A DNA stretch of 64,000 nt from Alphaproteobacteria bacterium (GTDB lineage Bacteria; Pseudomonadota; Alphaproteobacteria; GCA-2746255), in assembly GCA_965249135.1 (NCBI GenBank), contig OZ252220.1:1728001-1792000 (forward strand), in the 5' to 3' direction. The notes under the pieces were generated by a model. That model did not search any database and was not told where the DNA came from. It worked only from the letters and a program-made list of their open reading frames with translations. A program made the translations under genes and the position numbers. Shown here in pieces: positions 1 through 9,846 of this stretch. The first letter of the stretch is position 1, and every line of letters begins with the position of its first letter.

Positions 1-26
1 TGATCCGTCATCGCGGCACGGCGTGG

Positions 27-695
27 TTAGAAGTCCAGATCGGCATAGGATTTCGGTGGCGCCATGCCGGGGATGTGGTCGGCAAGCAACGGGCGGAACG
101 AAGGCCGTGATTTCACGCGCGCGTACCAATCCTTTGCCGCCGAATGGTCCTTCCAGGGCACATCCCCCAGATAGTCGATCGTCGAAAGCTGCGCCGAGGC
201 AGCGATGTCGGCCAGCGAAAAACGCTCACCGGCAAGCCAATCCCTTCGTTCCGTCAAGTAACCGATATAGTCGAGGTGGTAGTGGATGTTCGTGAGACCG
301 GCCCGAATGGCGTTCGAATCCGGCTCGCCAAGGCCTAAGAGTCGCTTCATGACTTTCTCGCCTTCGAGATTCGTCGTCACCTCGCGGTAGAACTTTGTAT
401 TGAACCAGGCGGTAAGTCGGCGTACTTCGGCGCGCAAGTGATGGCCTTCACCGAGAAGGGAAGGGTCCGGATAAACTTCGTCCAGGTATTCGCAGATCGC
501 ATCGCTGTCGGCAAGGGCGGTGCCGTCTTCCTCTACCAACACCGGCACTTGGCCGGCCGGATTCATGGCCAGGAAGGCACGGCGACGTTCCCAGACCCGC
601 TCGACCTGCATCTCAAACTCCAGCTGCTTTTCTTTCAGCACGATCCGCACCTTTCGCGAGAAAGGCGAAAGCCAGATATGGTAGAGGGTTTGCAT
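27..695 (-). CDS. fzlA: Glutathione S-transferase family protein, FtsZ-binding FzlA-like
   Basis: GST N-domain (LSPFSRKVR, MNPAGQVPVL, DSDAICEYL); C-terminal YADLDF tail typical of alphaproteobacterial FzlA. Confidence 0.8.
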   Translation of the reverse strand: MQTLYHIWLSPFSRKVRIVLKEKQLEFEMQVERVWERRRAFLAMNPAGQVPVLVEEDGTALADSDAICEYLDEVYPDPSLLGEGHHLRAEVRRLTAWFNTKFYREVTTNLEGEKVMKRLLGLGEPDSNAIRAGLTNIHYHLDYIGYLTERRDWLAGERFSLADIAASAQLSTIDYLGDVPWKDHSAAKDWYARVKSRPSFRPLLADHIPGMAPPKSYADLDF

Positions 696-765
696 GGCTA
701 AACTTTACCGCAAGCGGCGACGCGATGGATAGTCAAGGAAGGGCGGGCTTTGGGCTGAGCGTTCT

Positions 766-3700
766 TTAAGCCCGGGCCTGTTCTTCTTCGAGGACGATCG
801 GATGTTCGAGCCGGTCCACCATTTCCTTCGGTACGACCTGCCAGAAGTGGAGGAAAACTTGTTCCCAATCGTTCAACAGGCGTTGCGCGAAACGCGACTG
901 GGTTTGCTGCGCGTGTTCGGAGATCAAACGCTTGAGGACATTCTCCCAGTAGGTAGTCTGGATGCGTTGATAGATCACCATGTCGTCGTTGATGTAATGG
1001 GGAAAGGTTTCTTCTTCATCGAAGACGAAGGCCATGCCGCCCGTCATCCCGGCTGCGAAATTGTCGCCGACGGGGCCGAGAATGACGGCGGTGCCCCCGG
1101 TCATGTATTCACAGCCATTCGAGCCGCATCCCTCGACGACCGTCTCGGCACCGGAGTTGCGAACGGCGAAGCGCTCCCCTGCCTGGCCGGCCGCGAACAG
1201 CTTGCCGGCGGTGGCGCCGTAAAGGACAGTGTTCCCGATGATGGTGTGCTCGTTCGTGACCAGCGGCGAGGCGGTCAGCGGGCGAAGCACGAGCGTGCCG
1301 CCGGAAAGCCCCTTCCCCACATAGTCGTTGGCATCGCCGAACACCTCGATCTTCAGGCCTTTGACGGCAAAGGCGCCAAGGGATTGCCCGGCCGTGCCGC
1401 GCAGGCGCACCGTGATGTGATCCGCCCTAAGCCCTGCCATCCCATAGCGGCGGGTGATCATCGACGACAAGCGGGTGCCGATCGCGCGTTGGGTGTTCCG
1501 GATGTTGTAGGCAAGCTGGACCTTGCCCGATTTTTCGAGCGCCGCATGGGCGTCTTGGACCATGCGGGCATCCAACGTGTCCGGAACCTCGTTTCGGCCT
1601 TCGAGCGAACAGTAGCGCGTGAATTCCCCGGGATCCGGCTGGGCAAGCAAAGGATTCAGGTCGAGATCGTCGAGATTGGCACTGCCGCGGCTGACCTGGG
1701 CTAGAAGGTCCGTCCGTCCGACGACTTCCTGGAGTGAACGCATGCCCAGCGAAGCCAGGATCTCACGCACCTCTTCGGCGATGAAGCTAAACAGGTTCAC
1801 TACCTTTTCCGGTGTGCCTTCGAATTTGTTGCGAAGTGTTGTGTCCTGGGTGCAGATGCCGACCGGGCAGGTATTGCTGTGGCATTGGCGGACCATGATG
1901 CAGCCCATCGCGATCAGCGACGTCGTGCCAACACCGAATTCTTCCGCGCCCATCATCGCTGCGATGACCACGTCCCGGCCGGTACGGATGCCTCCGTCCG
2001 CGCGCAACCGCACACGATGACGAAGCCGGTTGAGCGTCAAGACTTGGTTCACTTCGCTTAGGCCCATTTCCCAAGGAACGCCGGCATATTTGATGCTGCT
2101 CTGCGGGCTGGCGCCGGTGCCGCCGGAATGACCGGAAACGAGGATGACGTCCGCCTTGGCCTTTGCGACGCCGGCCGCAATCGTACCGATGCCGTCCTCG
2201 GCGACCAGCTTCACGCAAACCTTTGCCTGGGGGTTGATCTGCTTGAGGTCGTAAATGAGCTGCGCCAAGTCCTCGATCGAATAAATGTCGTGATGCGGCG
2301 GCGGTGAAATCAGCGTGACGCCTGGAGTGGAGTGACGCAGCAGCGCGATCTCTTCGGTCACCTTAAAGCCGGGCAGTTGGCCGCCTTCGCCTGGTTTCGC
2401 ACCCTGGGCGATCTTGATCTCGATCTCGTCGCAATTGTTCAGGTATTCCGCCGTGACGCCAAAACGGGCCGAGGCGATTTGTTTGATGACGGAGTTCGCA
2501 TTGTCCCCGTTCGACAGAGGCCTGGCACGTGCCGAGTCCTCTCCGCCTTCGCCGCTGCAGGAAGCGCCGCCGATCCGGTTCATGGCGATGGCGAGCGTCT
2601 CATGGGCCTCCCGAGAAAGGGCGCCGTGGGACATGCTGCCGGTTCCGAAGCGCTTACGAATGTCCGTGATCGATTCGACTTCCTCGACGGGGATCGATTG
2701 GCCGGTTGGTTTGAAATCCAGAAGATCGCGGAGCTGGATCGGCGACTGGTGACGAAGGCCTTCGCTGTACTTCTTGTAAGTACTGTAGGAGTCCGTTGCG
2801 ACGGCCGTCTGAAGCACGTGAACCAGATTGCCGTCGACGGCGTGCACTTCGCCACCGCGCCGGACGGTGTAGACACCGCCGATGGGCAGGGCGACCACTT
2901 CTTCCTCGAAGGCGCGGCGATGAAGAGCAAGCACTTTCGCCTGAATGCCGGAGAGCCCGATACCGGAAATGCGTGAAGTCATGCCCGGGAAAAATTCGGC
3001 GACGAGCGCACGTGACAATCCAACCGCTTCGAAATTATAGCCGCCACGATAGGAGACGATCACCGAGATTCCCATCTTCGACATGACCTTAAGAAGGCCC
3101 TCTCCGACCGCTTTCGTGTAGCGCGCAATGCATTCATCGAGCGTGCGGTTCGGGAACAGGGCCCTGCGGTGACGGTCCGCGATCGTTTCAAGCGCGAGGT
3201 AGGCGTTCACGGTCGTCGCGCCGACGCCGATCAGGACGGCAAAGTAATGAACGTCAAGACACTCGCCGGACTGAACGTTAAGCGAAGTAAAGGTGCGAAG
3301 CAGTTGTTGAACGAGATGGGTGTGCACGGCACCCGTCGCAAGAATCATCGGGATCGCGGCCTGTTCGGGCCCGGTGTGCTTATCGGTCAGGATGAGGTGC
3401 GTGGTGCCGCCGCGCACGGCGTCCTCCGCCTCCTGGCGGATGCGAAGGAGGGTATCCTGAAGGGCGCCTTCGCCGCCATCGACGGGAAAGGTGCAGTCGA
3501 TCTCGGTCGCTTGCTCGCCCATATAGGCTCGCATCGCCTCGAATTCGGCGTTGGAGAGCACCGGCGAGGTAAGCTCCAAACGCCGGGTTTGCTCCTCGCT
3601 GGCGTCAAGCAGGTTCCCCAGATTACCGAGCCGCGTCGTCAAGCCCATGACCCGGCGTTCGCGCAGGCTGTCGATCGGCGGGTTCGTGACCTGACTGAAA

Positions 3701-5307
3701 CGCTGCCGGAAATAGTGATGAAGCCCCCGATAATGCTCGGAAAGCACGGCAAGCGGCGTGTCGTCTCCCATCGAACCGGTCGCTTCCTTTGCATCCTCGA
3801 CCATCGGGTGCAGGAGGAGTTCGATCTCCTCCATCGTGAAACCGGAGGCGACCTGGCGCGTGCGAAGTTCCTCTCTTGAGAAGGCGCTTTTCTCCGAACT
3901 CGAGCCCTTGATGAAGCTATCGAGTGCCGTCACGTTCTTGACCCACTTTCCGTAAGGGTGTTCGTCCGCCAGCATGTCGCGAAGTTCAGGGTCGTGGTAG
4001 AAGCGGCCCTCGTCCAAATTGACGCCGATCACCTGACCGGGGCCGACGCGGCCTTTTTCCATGATTTCCGATTCGTCCGCCCACACCATGCCGGCTTCGG
4101 AGCCAACGATCAGAAGGGCGTCCCCGGTAATCGTGTAGCGCAGCGGACGCAATCCGTTTCGGTCCATCCCTGCGATCACCCAACGTCCGTCCGTTGCCGT
4201 GACGGCCGCCGGCCCATCCCATGGTTCGGAAACGCAGTTGCAGTAGTGGAAAAGGTCCCGGTGCTTTTTCGGCATGGTCTTTTTCTTCGACCACGAATCC
4301 GGAATCAGCATGGTTTTGACGAGCGGCGCCGTCCGCCCGGCCCGAACCAGAAGCTCAAACACCGCATCCAAGGCGGCCGAATCCGAGCTCCCTAGCGGTA
4401 TCACCGGCTTCAAATTTTCGATGTGTTCTCCGAAGCGTTCGGATTCCATTCGCGCTTCGTGACTTCGCATCCAGTTGACATTTCCGCGCAGCGTGTTGAT
4501 TTCGCCATTATGGGCGAGCATGCGGAAGGGCTGTGCAAGCGGCCAGGTGGGAAAGGTATTTGTTGAATAGCGCTGATGGTAGATCGCAAAGCGTGAAATG
4601 AATCGTTCATCGAGTAGATCCGGATAGAAGTTCGTTAATTGCTCGGCGAGAAACATGCCTTTGTAAATGATCGAGCGGCAAGAGAATGAGCAAAGATAAA
4701 AGTCGTTGATGTGCTCTTCTTCGAGGACGCGCTTCTCGATTTTTCTGCGAATGATGTAAAGATCAAGTTCGAATTGATCGTCGTCGACGCCACGGGAGTT
4801 GGCGATCATGATCTGCTCGATCTCCGGTCGGGTTGCGTTTGCCTTTTCCCCAATGACAGAGGCATCGATCGGCACCTGTCGCCAGCCATAGATGCGATAG
4901 CCGAAGGCCAGAATTTCGGCCTCCACGATGGAGCGGCAGGTTTCCTGGGCGGTCAGGCTGGTTTTCGGAAGGAAGACCATGCCGACGGCAAGGCGGCCCT
5001 TCTCCGGCCGGTGGCCGGTGCGCGCAATATGCTCCTTGAAGAAATCTTGAGAGATTTCGACATGGATACCGGCACCATCTCCCGTCTTGCCGTCGGCATC
5101 GACCGCGCCGCGGTGCCACACTGCCTTGAGCGCGTTGATTCCGGCCTCGACGACGCTCCGCCGCGGCCGGCCATCGATGGCGGCGACTAGACCGACACCG
5201 CACGATTCGTGTTCGTGTTCGGGGTTATAGAGACCCCAGGTTCGGAGCCGGCCGGCGTTCGCCCGCCACTCGTCGACGAAGGTTGTCCCCTTGTCCATCT
5301 TTCGCAA
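766..5307 (-). CDS. gltB: Glutamate synthase large subunit
   Basis: 1513 aa; N-terminal CGVG amidotransferase motif, HRGA, HNGEIN, KIAQGAKPGEGGQLP, 3Fe-4S CIMVRQCHSNTC. Confidence 0.98.
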   Translation of the reverse strand: MRKMDKGTTFVDEWRANAGRLRTWGLYNPEHEHESCGVGLVAAIDGRPRRSVVEAGINALKAVWHRGAVDADGKTGDGAGIHVEISQDFFKEHIARTGHRPEKGRLAVGMVFLPKTSLTAQETCRSIVEAEILAFGYRIYGWRQVPIDASVIGEKANATRPEIEQIMIANSRGVDDDQFELDLYIIRRKIEKRVLEEEHINDFYLCSFSCRSIIYKGMFLAEQLTNFYPDLLDERFISRFAIYHQRYSTNTFPTWPLAQPFRMLAHNGEINTLRGNVNWMRSHEARMESERFGEHIENLKPVIPLGSSDSAALDAVFELLVRAGRTAPLVKTMLIPDSWSKKKTMPKKHRDLFHYCNCVSEPWDGPAAVTATDGRWVIAGMDRNGLRPLRYTITGDALLIVGSEAGMVWADESEIMEKGRVGPGQVIGVNLDEGRFYHDPELRDMLADEHPYGKWVKNVTALDSFIKGSSSEKSAFSREELRTRQVASGFTMEEIELLLHPMVEDAKEATGSMGDDTPLAVLSEHYRGLHHYFRQRFSQVTNPPIDSLRERRVMGLTTRLGNLGNLLDASEEQTRRLELTSPVLSNAEFEAMRAYMGEQATEIDCTFPVDGGEGALQDTLLRIRQEAEDAVRGGTTHLILTDKHTGPEQAAIPMILATGAVHTHLVQQLLRTFTSLNVQSGECLDVHYFAVLIGVGATTVNAYLALETIADRHRRALFPNRTLDECIARYTKAVGEGLLKVMSKMGISVIVSYRGGYNFEAVGLSRALVAEFFPGMTSRISGIGLSGIQAKVLALHRRAFEEEVVALPIGGVYTVRRGGEVHAVDGNLVHVLQTAVATDSYSTYKKYSEGLRHQSPIQLRDLLDFKPTGQSIPVEEVESITDIRKRFGTGSMSHGALSREAHETLAIAMNRIGGASCSGEGGEDSARARPLSNGDNANSVIKQIASARFGVTAEYLNNCDEIEIKIAQGAKPGEGGQLPGFKVTEEIALLRHSTPGVTLISPPPHHDIYSIEDLAQLIYDLKQINPQAKVCVKLVAEDGIGTIAAGVAKAKADVILVSGHSGGTGASPQSSIKYAGVPWEMGLSEVNQVLTLNRLRHRVRLRADGGIRTGRDVVIAAMMGAEEFGVGTTSLIAMGCIMVRQCHSNTCPVGICTQDTTLRNKFEGTPEKVVNLFSFIAEEVREILASLGMRSLQEVVGRTDLLAQVSRGSANLDDLDLNPLLAQPDPGEFTRYCSLEGRNEVPDTLDARMVQDAHAALEKSGKVQLAYNIRNTQRAIGTRLSSMITRRYGMAGLRADHITVRLRGTAGQSLGAFAVKGLKIEVFGDANDYVGKGLSGGTLVLRPLTASPLVTNEHTIIGNTVLYGATAGKLFAAGQAGERFAVRNSGAETVVEGCGSNGCEYMTGGTAVILGPVGDNFAAGMTGGMAFVFDEEETFPHYINDDMVIYQRIQTTYWENVLKRLISEHAQQTQSRFAQRLLNDWEQVFLHFWQVVPKEMVDRLEHPIVLEEEQARA

Positions 5308-5328
5308 CGCCCTTTCCCCTTTTTCCCT

Positions 5329-6798
5329 TTATGACACCATGGCGAGTTTTTTTACCGGGCGCCCATCGCCCTTTGCCTTTGCCCGGAGATAGGCGTCAAT
5401 GTTTTCCGCGGCGTCACGTCCGTCGCGAATTCCCCAAACGACCAGCGAGGCGCCGCGCACGATGTCCCCGGCGGCAAAGACGCCGTCAAGATTCGTCATC
5501 ATCGTGCGGAAATCGATTTTGATCGTGCCCCAGCGACTGACTTCCAATTCCGGAGCACCGAAAAGGGTCGGTATTTCTTCCGGATCGAATCCCAATGCCT
5601 TCACGATAAGGTTCGCCTCCAACGTGAAATGGGATTCAGGAATTGGCTGCGGCGTTTGACGGCCGGTCGCATCCGCATCGCCCAAATGCATGCGTACTGC
5701 GCGCACGCCAGAGACCGTGCCATCGCCCAAGAACGCTTCCGGTGCGGAAAGCCAGATGAATTCAACCTCCTCCTCTTCGGCGTGGCGAACTTCACGTTGG
5801 GAGCCCGGCATGTTCGCGCGATCGCGTCGGTAAAGGCATTTTACGGAAGTTGCGCCCTGACGAACGGCCGTGCGTACGCAGTCCATCGCCGTATCGCCGC
5901 CTCCGACGACAACGACGCGTTTTCCGCCTGCGTTCAACGTGCCGTCATCGAAACTTGGAACCTCATCGCCAAGGCCCTTACGGTTGCTGGCAATCAAATA
6001 GTCGAGGGCCTGGAAGATGTTCCCAAGACCGGCGCCAGGGATCGAGATGTCCCTCGCCTTGTAAACCCCCGTTGCGATAAGGATGGCGTCATGCCGCTCT
6101 TGGAGATCGGCAAGGCTTGCGTCGCGTCCCACTTCGAAGTTCCGGTAAAACTCGACTTTCCCTTCCGTTAGAAGATCCACGCGGCGTTTAACGACCCACT
6201 TCTCGAGCTTGAAATTCGGAATGCCGTAGATGAGCAGGCCGCCGATTCGGTCATGGCGATCGTAAACGTGCGCCTGATAGCCCTTTCGCCGAAGCTGTTC
6301 GGCTGCAGCCAGGCCGGTCGGCCCACTCCCGATGATGCCGATGGATTGCTCGCGCTCGCGCTTTGGCATCGGTGGTTTGACGAGCCCCATCTCGAAGGCG
6401 GTATCCGTAATGTATTTTTCGACCGAGCCGATCGTCACCGAATCGAAGCCCTTCTCGATCACGCAATTGCCTTCGCACAGCCGGTCCTGGGGGCAAATGC
6501 GGCCACAGATCTCGGGCAGGTTGTTCGTGGCCGAGGAGACCTCATAGGCCTCTTCGATCCGGCCTTCGGCGGTGAGTTGCAGCCAATCCGGAATGTTGTT
6601 CGAGACCGGGCAATGGATCTGGCAGAAGGGGATCCCACATTGGGAGCAGCGGCTGGCCTGTTCGGCCGCGCCGTCCGGATCGTATTCCCCAAAGATTTCC
6701 TGGAAGTCCTGGCGTCGGGTATCGACGTCCCGCTTATCGGGGGACCGTTGGCCGAACTCGAGGAATTTCAGCATGCGTTGCGCCATGGTAGGCGTCAT
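5329..6798 (-). CDS. gltD: Glutamate synthase small subunit
   Basis: CSQCGIPFCQIHCP and GRICPQDRLCE Fe-S motifs, GSGPTG and GGGDTAMD nucleotide-binding motifs; directly upstream of gltB. Confidence 0.97.
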   Translation of the reverse strand: MTPTMAQRMLKFLEFGQRSPDKRDVDTRRQDFQEIFGEYDPDGAAEQASRCSQCGIPFCQIHCPVSNNIPDWLQLTAEGRIEEAYEVSSATNNLPEICGRICPQDRLCEGNCVIEKGFDSVTIGSVEKYITDTAFEMGLVKPPMPKREREQSIGIIGSGPTGLAAAEQLRRKGYQAHVYDRHDRIGGLLIYGIPNFKLEKWVVKRRVDLLTEGKVEFYRNFEVGRDASLADLQERHDAILIATGVYKARDISIPGAGLGNIFQALDYLIASNRKGLGDEVPSFDDGTLNAGGKRVVVVGGGDTAMDCVRTAVRQGATSVKCLYRRDRANMPGSQREVRHAEEEEVEFIWLSAPEAFLGDGTVSGVRAVRMHLGDADATGRQTPQPIPESHFTLEANLIVKALGFDPEEIPTLFGAPELEVSRWGTIKIDFRTMMTNLDGVFAAGDIVRGASLVVWGIRDGRDAAENIDAYLRAKAKGDGRPVKKLAMVS

Positions 6799-6881
6799 CC
6801 TTCCCTTCGGTGAGCCCTGTCCCTCTGCCCATCGTTCGATGCTTTGGGTTCGTTCTATGGAAACCGGCGCGAAGGTCGCAA

Positions 6882-6910
6882 ATTATGTCAATATTATTTA
6901 CCTACTGCAA
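6882..6910 (-). promoter_or_regulatory. Putative sigma70 promoter for gltDB
   Basis: Minus strand TTGCAG-N17-CATAAT in the AT-rich intergenic region. Confidence 0.5.
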
Positions 6911-7100
6911 GGGAATTTCCCCGATACTACATAAAATTGTCGCAAATTTAGGGGTGTACAGGAGCATTTAGTATAAAATCGAGACTATTTTTTCTATCCC
7001 ATGGAAATTATAGGAAAATTACAGGAGCGTGAATTTTTGCGTGTCTTGATAAGGGGGATGCCCCATGCTGGCGCCGTCCTTGCCAAGGAGGTAGCTAGCC

Positions 7101-7919
7101 TTGATTCTGTGGCACATTGTCGTGCTCGCCCTTGTCCAGGGGATCACCGAATTCCTCCCCATCAGTTCGCAGGCCCATTTGATCCTGACCTCGAAAGGGC
7201 TGGGTTGGGAGGACCAGGGGCTGCTGATCGACATCGCGCTCCATGTTGGCACCCTGGCCGCCGTCCTTCTCTATTTCTGGCAGGATGTCTGGCGCATGGG
7301 CAAAGGTCTGGGCAATGCCCTAAGCGGGACGATGGACGACGGTGCGCGGCTCGCCCTTCAGGTGATCCTGGCGACCCTGCCCGTCGTGGCGGCCGGCTAT
7401 TTTCTGATCGATCAAGCCGAACACCTCCGCGATCCGTTGGTCATCGGATGGGCGACCCTTGGCTTTGGTGTCCTGCTTTACCTTGCCGATCGCTTGGGGC
7501 TGCGCATTCGTCGGGTCGAGCATATGAGCTTCGCAAGCGCCTTCATCGTCGGCCTCGCCCAGGTTTGTGCGTTGGTGCCAGGTGCAAGCCGCTCTGGCGT
7601 AACGATGTCGGCGGCCCGCATGCTTGGCTTCGAGCGGGAAGAGGCGGCCCGCTTTTCACTGCTGCTTGCCATCCCGGCAATCATCGCCGCTGGGACGCTG
7701 GAAGCCATCCACCTTTACGAGATGGGTGACGTCGAGCTCACTCGGGATGCGATCGTGGCGGCCGGCCTAGCCTTTCTTTCGGCGATGGTCGCCATCGCGT
7801 TGATGATGAAGTGGCTTCGGCGAGCTAGCTTCACGCCCTTCGTGCTTTACCGGGTCGTGCTAGGCGCCGGCCTGTTGGCCTTCGTCTATTGGGGCATCTT
7901 GCCGAGTGGATGGTTTTAG
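7101..7919 (+). CDS. uppP: Undecaprenyl-diphosphate phosphatase (BacA)
   Basis: VQGITEFLPISSQAH and PGASRSG motifs; multiple hydrophobic segments. Confidence 0.95.
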   Translation: MILWHIVVLALVQGITEFLPISSQAHLILTSKGLGWEDQGLLIDIALHVGTLAAVLLYFWQDVWRMGKGLGNALSGTMDDGARLALQVILATLPVVAAGYFLIDQAEHLRDPLVIGWATLGFGVLLYLADRLGLRIRRVEHMSFASAFIVGLAQVCALVPGASRSGVTMSAARMLGFEREEAARFSLLLAIPAIIAAGTLEAIHLYEMGDVELTRDAIVAAGLAFLSAMVAIALMMKWLRRASFTPFVLYRVVLGAGLLAFVYWGILPSGWF

Positions 7920-7932
7920 GCGGGATGTGCCC

Positions 7933-8877
7933 CTAGGCCAGGGTGGCTTCACGCTTGCGTCCGCCGGGACGGAACCGGGCGAGATAATCCGGCAACACCG
8001 CATCAAGCGGAGTCGGGACAATCCCTAGATCGGCGAAGGTTTTTGCGCCCGCCCCGACGACGTTGTCACGCTCCAAGAGACGCACTTGATCGCGTGTGAG
8101 CAGTGGCTTCGGCAGGCGTTCGAGGAAAAACGCCTCCAGACGGGCCGCCCAGAAGGGAACCGGGATCAGCAGGCGTCGCCGTTCGATCGCTTCCAACATC
8201 CGTTCCAGAAGCGCACGGAAAGTAAAGACCTGTGGTCCGCCAAGTTCAAAGACCTCGCCCGCGTAGCCATCGAGGACACGCGTGACGGCTTCGGCGACGT
8301 CGGAGACGTAGACTGGCTGCATGCGCGTTTTGCCGCCACCGATCAAAGGCAACGCCGGCACCAGACGAGCGAGGGATGCAAACAGGTTAAAGAAATTATC
8401 TTCCGGTCCGAAGACGATGCTGGGTCGAAGGAGAACGGCTTCCGGGAATTCCTCGCGAACCGCCGCTTCGCCTTCGGCTTTCGTCCGGGCGTAATTTGCG
8501 AGTGAGTCGGGGGCGGCACCGATCGCCGAAACATGGACAAGAGAACGGACATTCGCCTGTTTGACGGCGCGTGCGATTCGGCGGGCTCCTTCCACATGGA
8601 TGGCGCGAAACGTCTGACGGCCCGATTCATAAAGAATGCCAACGAGATTGACGACGGCATCCGCACCCTGCACGGCAAGTGCAACCGAAGCATCGTCCCG
8701 TATGTTTGCCTGGAGGGCGATGATCTGGCCGACATCGCCGAGGGGCTGCAGAAACGCGGCTGCTTCCGGATCGCGAACCGCGACCCGAAGGCGCACGCCA
8801 CTCGCTGCCAGCCGCCGCACCACATGGCGGCCAAGAAACCCGGATCCTCCGAAAACGGTGACGACGCGGTCTGCCAT
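7933..8877 (-). CDS. Complex I NDUFA9-family NAD(P)-binding SDR protein
   Basis: VFGGSGFLG Rossmann motif, YARTKAEGE, RPSIVFGPEDNFFN; usual neighbour of uppP and tRNA-Leu. Confidence 0.88.
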   Translation of the reverse strand: MADRVVTVFGGSGFLGRHVVRRLAASGVRLRVAVRDPEAAAFLQPLGDVGQIIALQANIRDDASVALAVQGADAVVNLVGILYESGRQTFRAIHVEGARRIARAVKQANVRSLVHVSAIGAAPDSLANYARTKAEGEAAVREEFPEAVLLRPSIVFGPEDNFFNLFASLARLVPALPLIGGGKTRMQPVYVSDVAEAVTRVLDGYAGEVFELGGPQVFTFRALLERMLEAIERRRLLIPVPFWAARLEAFFLERLPKPLLTRDQVRLLERDNVVGAGAKTFADLGIVPTPLDAVLPDYLARFRPGGRKREATLA

Positions 8878-8992
8878 AAGCCCGTATTGCTACTTGGAAA
8901 AATGCCTTGGCGATCCTTGCCTTGGCATTTCTTTTCGGGTACGTACCTAGTATATATGGACACCCGAGGCAACGGCAGCAAACGCCAATGCT

Positions 8993-9079
8993 GCCCAGGT
9001 GGCGGAATTGGTAGACGCGCTAGCTTCAGGTGCTAGTGGCCGCAAGGCCGTGGAAGTTCGAGTCTTCTCCTGGGCACCA
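8993..9079 (+). tRNA. tRNA-Leu(CAG)
   Basis: GCCCAGG...CCTGGGC acceptor stem, anticodon arm CTAGC-TTCAGGT-GCTAG, long variable arm, GTTCGAG T-loop, encoded CCA; 87 nt. Confidence 0.97.
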
Positions 9080-9083
9080 CTTT

Positions 9084-9115
9084 CCATAAAGAATTCCGGC
9101 CATAAAGAATTCTGG
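9084..9115 (+). repeat. 16-bp tandem duplication just after tRNA-Leu
   Basis: CCATAAAGAATTCCGG / CCATAAAGAATTCTGG, one mismatch. Confidence 0.85.
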
Positions 9116-9159
9116 CTTACGCTCCCTGCCATTTCCGCGCGTCGCCAGGAGACTACGAA

Positions 9160-9771
9160 ATGAGCATCGAATTACATAAGGGCGATCTACCCGACGGACT
9201 TGTCCTTGGTGATTTAGTTGCCATCGATACGGAAACGCTCGGTCTAAATCCAAATCGGGATCGGCTTTGCCTGATACAACTTTCCTCAGGCGATGGGAAC
9301 GCGCATCTCGTGCAATTCGAGAAAGATTCATACGATGCACCGAACTTGAAAGCGATCCTTACCGATACGAACGTAACGAAAATTTTTCACTTCGGCCGTT
9401 TTGATCTGGCTGTCATGCTTCGCTACCTTGGTGTTCTTTGTGAGCCCGTCTTTTGTACGAAGATCGCATCCCGTTTATCGCGCACTTACACGGACCGTCA
9501 CGGGCTGAAGGATCTTTGTCGCGAGCTTCTGAATGTGGAGTTGTCGAAGCAGCAACAATCCTCCGATTGGGGTGCGGCGGAGTTGACGCAGGCACAGCAC
9601 GATTATGCCGCATCCGACGTGCTTTATCTGCACCAGCTCCGCGAGAAGTTCCTCGAGATGCTCGATCGCGAAGGCCGAACGGAGCTTGCCAAAGCCTGCT
9701 TCCGTTTTTTGCCTTACCGGGCGGCGCTTGATCTCATCGGATGGGTGGATGAAGACATCTTCCGGCACTAA
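9160..9771 (+). CDS. rnd: Ribonuclease D-like 3'-5' exonuclease
   Basis: DEDDy motifs AIDTET, FHFGRFD, YAASDV; SKQQQSSDW. Confidence 0.9.
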   Translation: MSIELHKGDLPDGLVLGDLVAIDTETLGLNPNRDRLCLIQLSSGDGNAHLVQFEKDSYDAPNLKAILTDTNVTKIFHFGRFDLAVMLRYLGVLCEPVFCTKIASRLSRTYTDRHGLKDLCRELLNVELSKQQQSSDWGAAELTQAQHDYAASDVLYLHQLREKFLEMLDREGRTELAKACFRFLPYRAALDLIGWVDEDIFRH

Positions 9772-9846
9772 GAAAAGTCGCATACCGTTGATTTTTCATA
9801 AGCCCAGTCCCATACTCGACACGTTCTTACGCGCCCAGAGGGAACC

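Noticed and set aside
766-6798. gltD-before-gltB gene order as unusual
   Set aside because: This order is common in Alphaproteobacteria such as Azospirillum.
802-6813. Long plus-strand ORFs antisense to gltB/gltD (for example 802..1704, 3169..3879) and similar shadow ORFs across the window
   Set aside because: Expected by-product of high-GC codon bias opposite real genes; no recognisable motifs.
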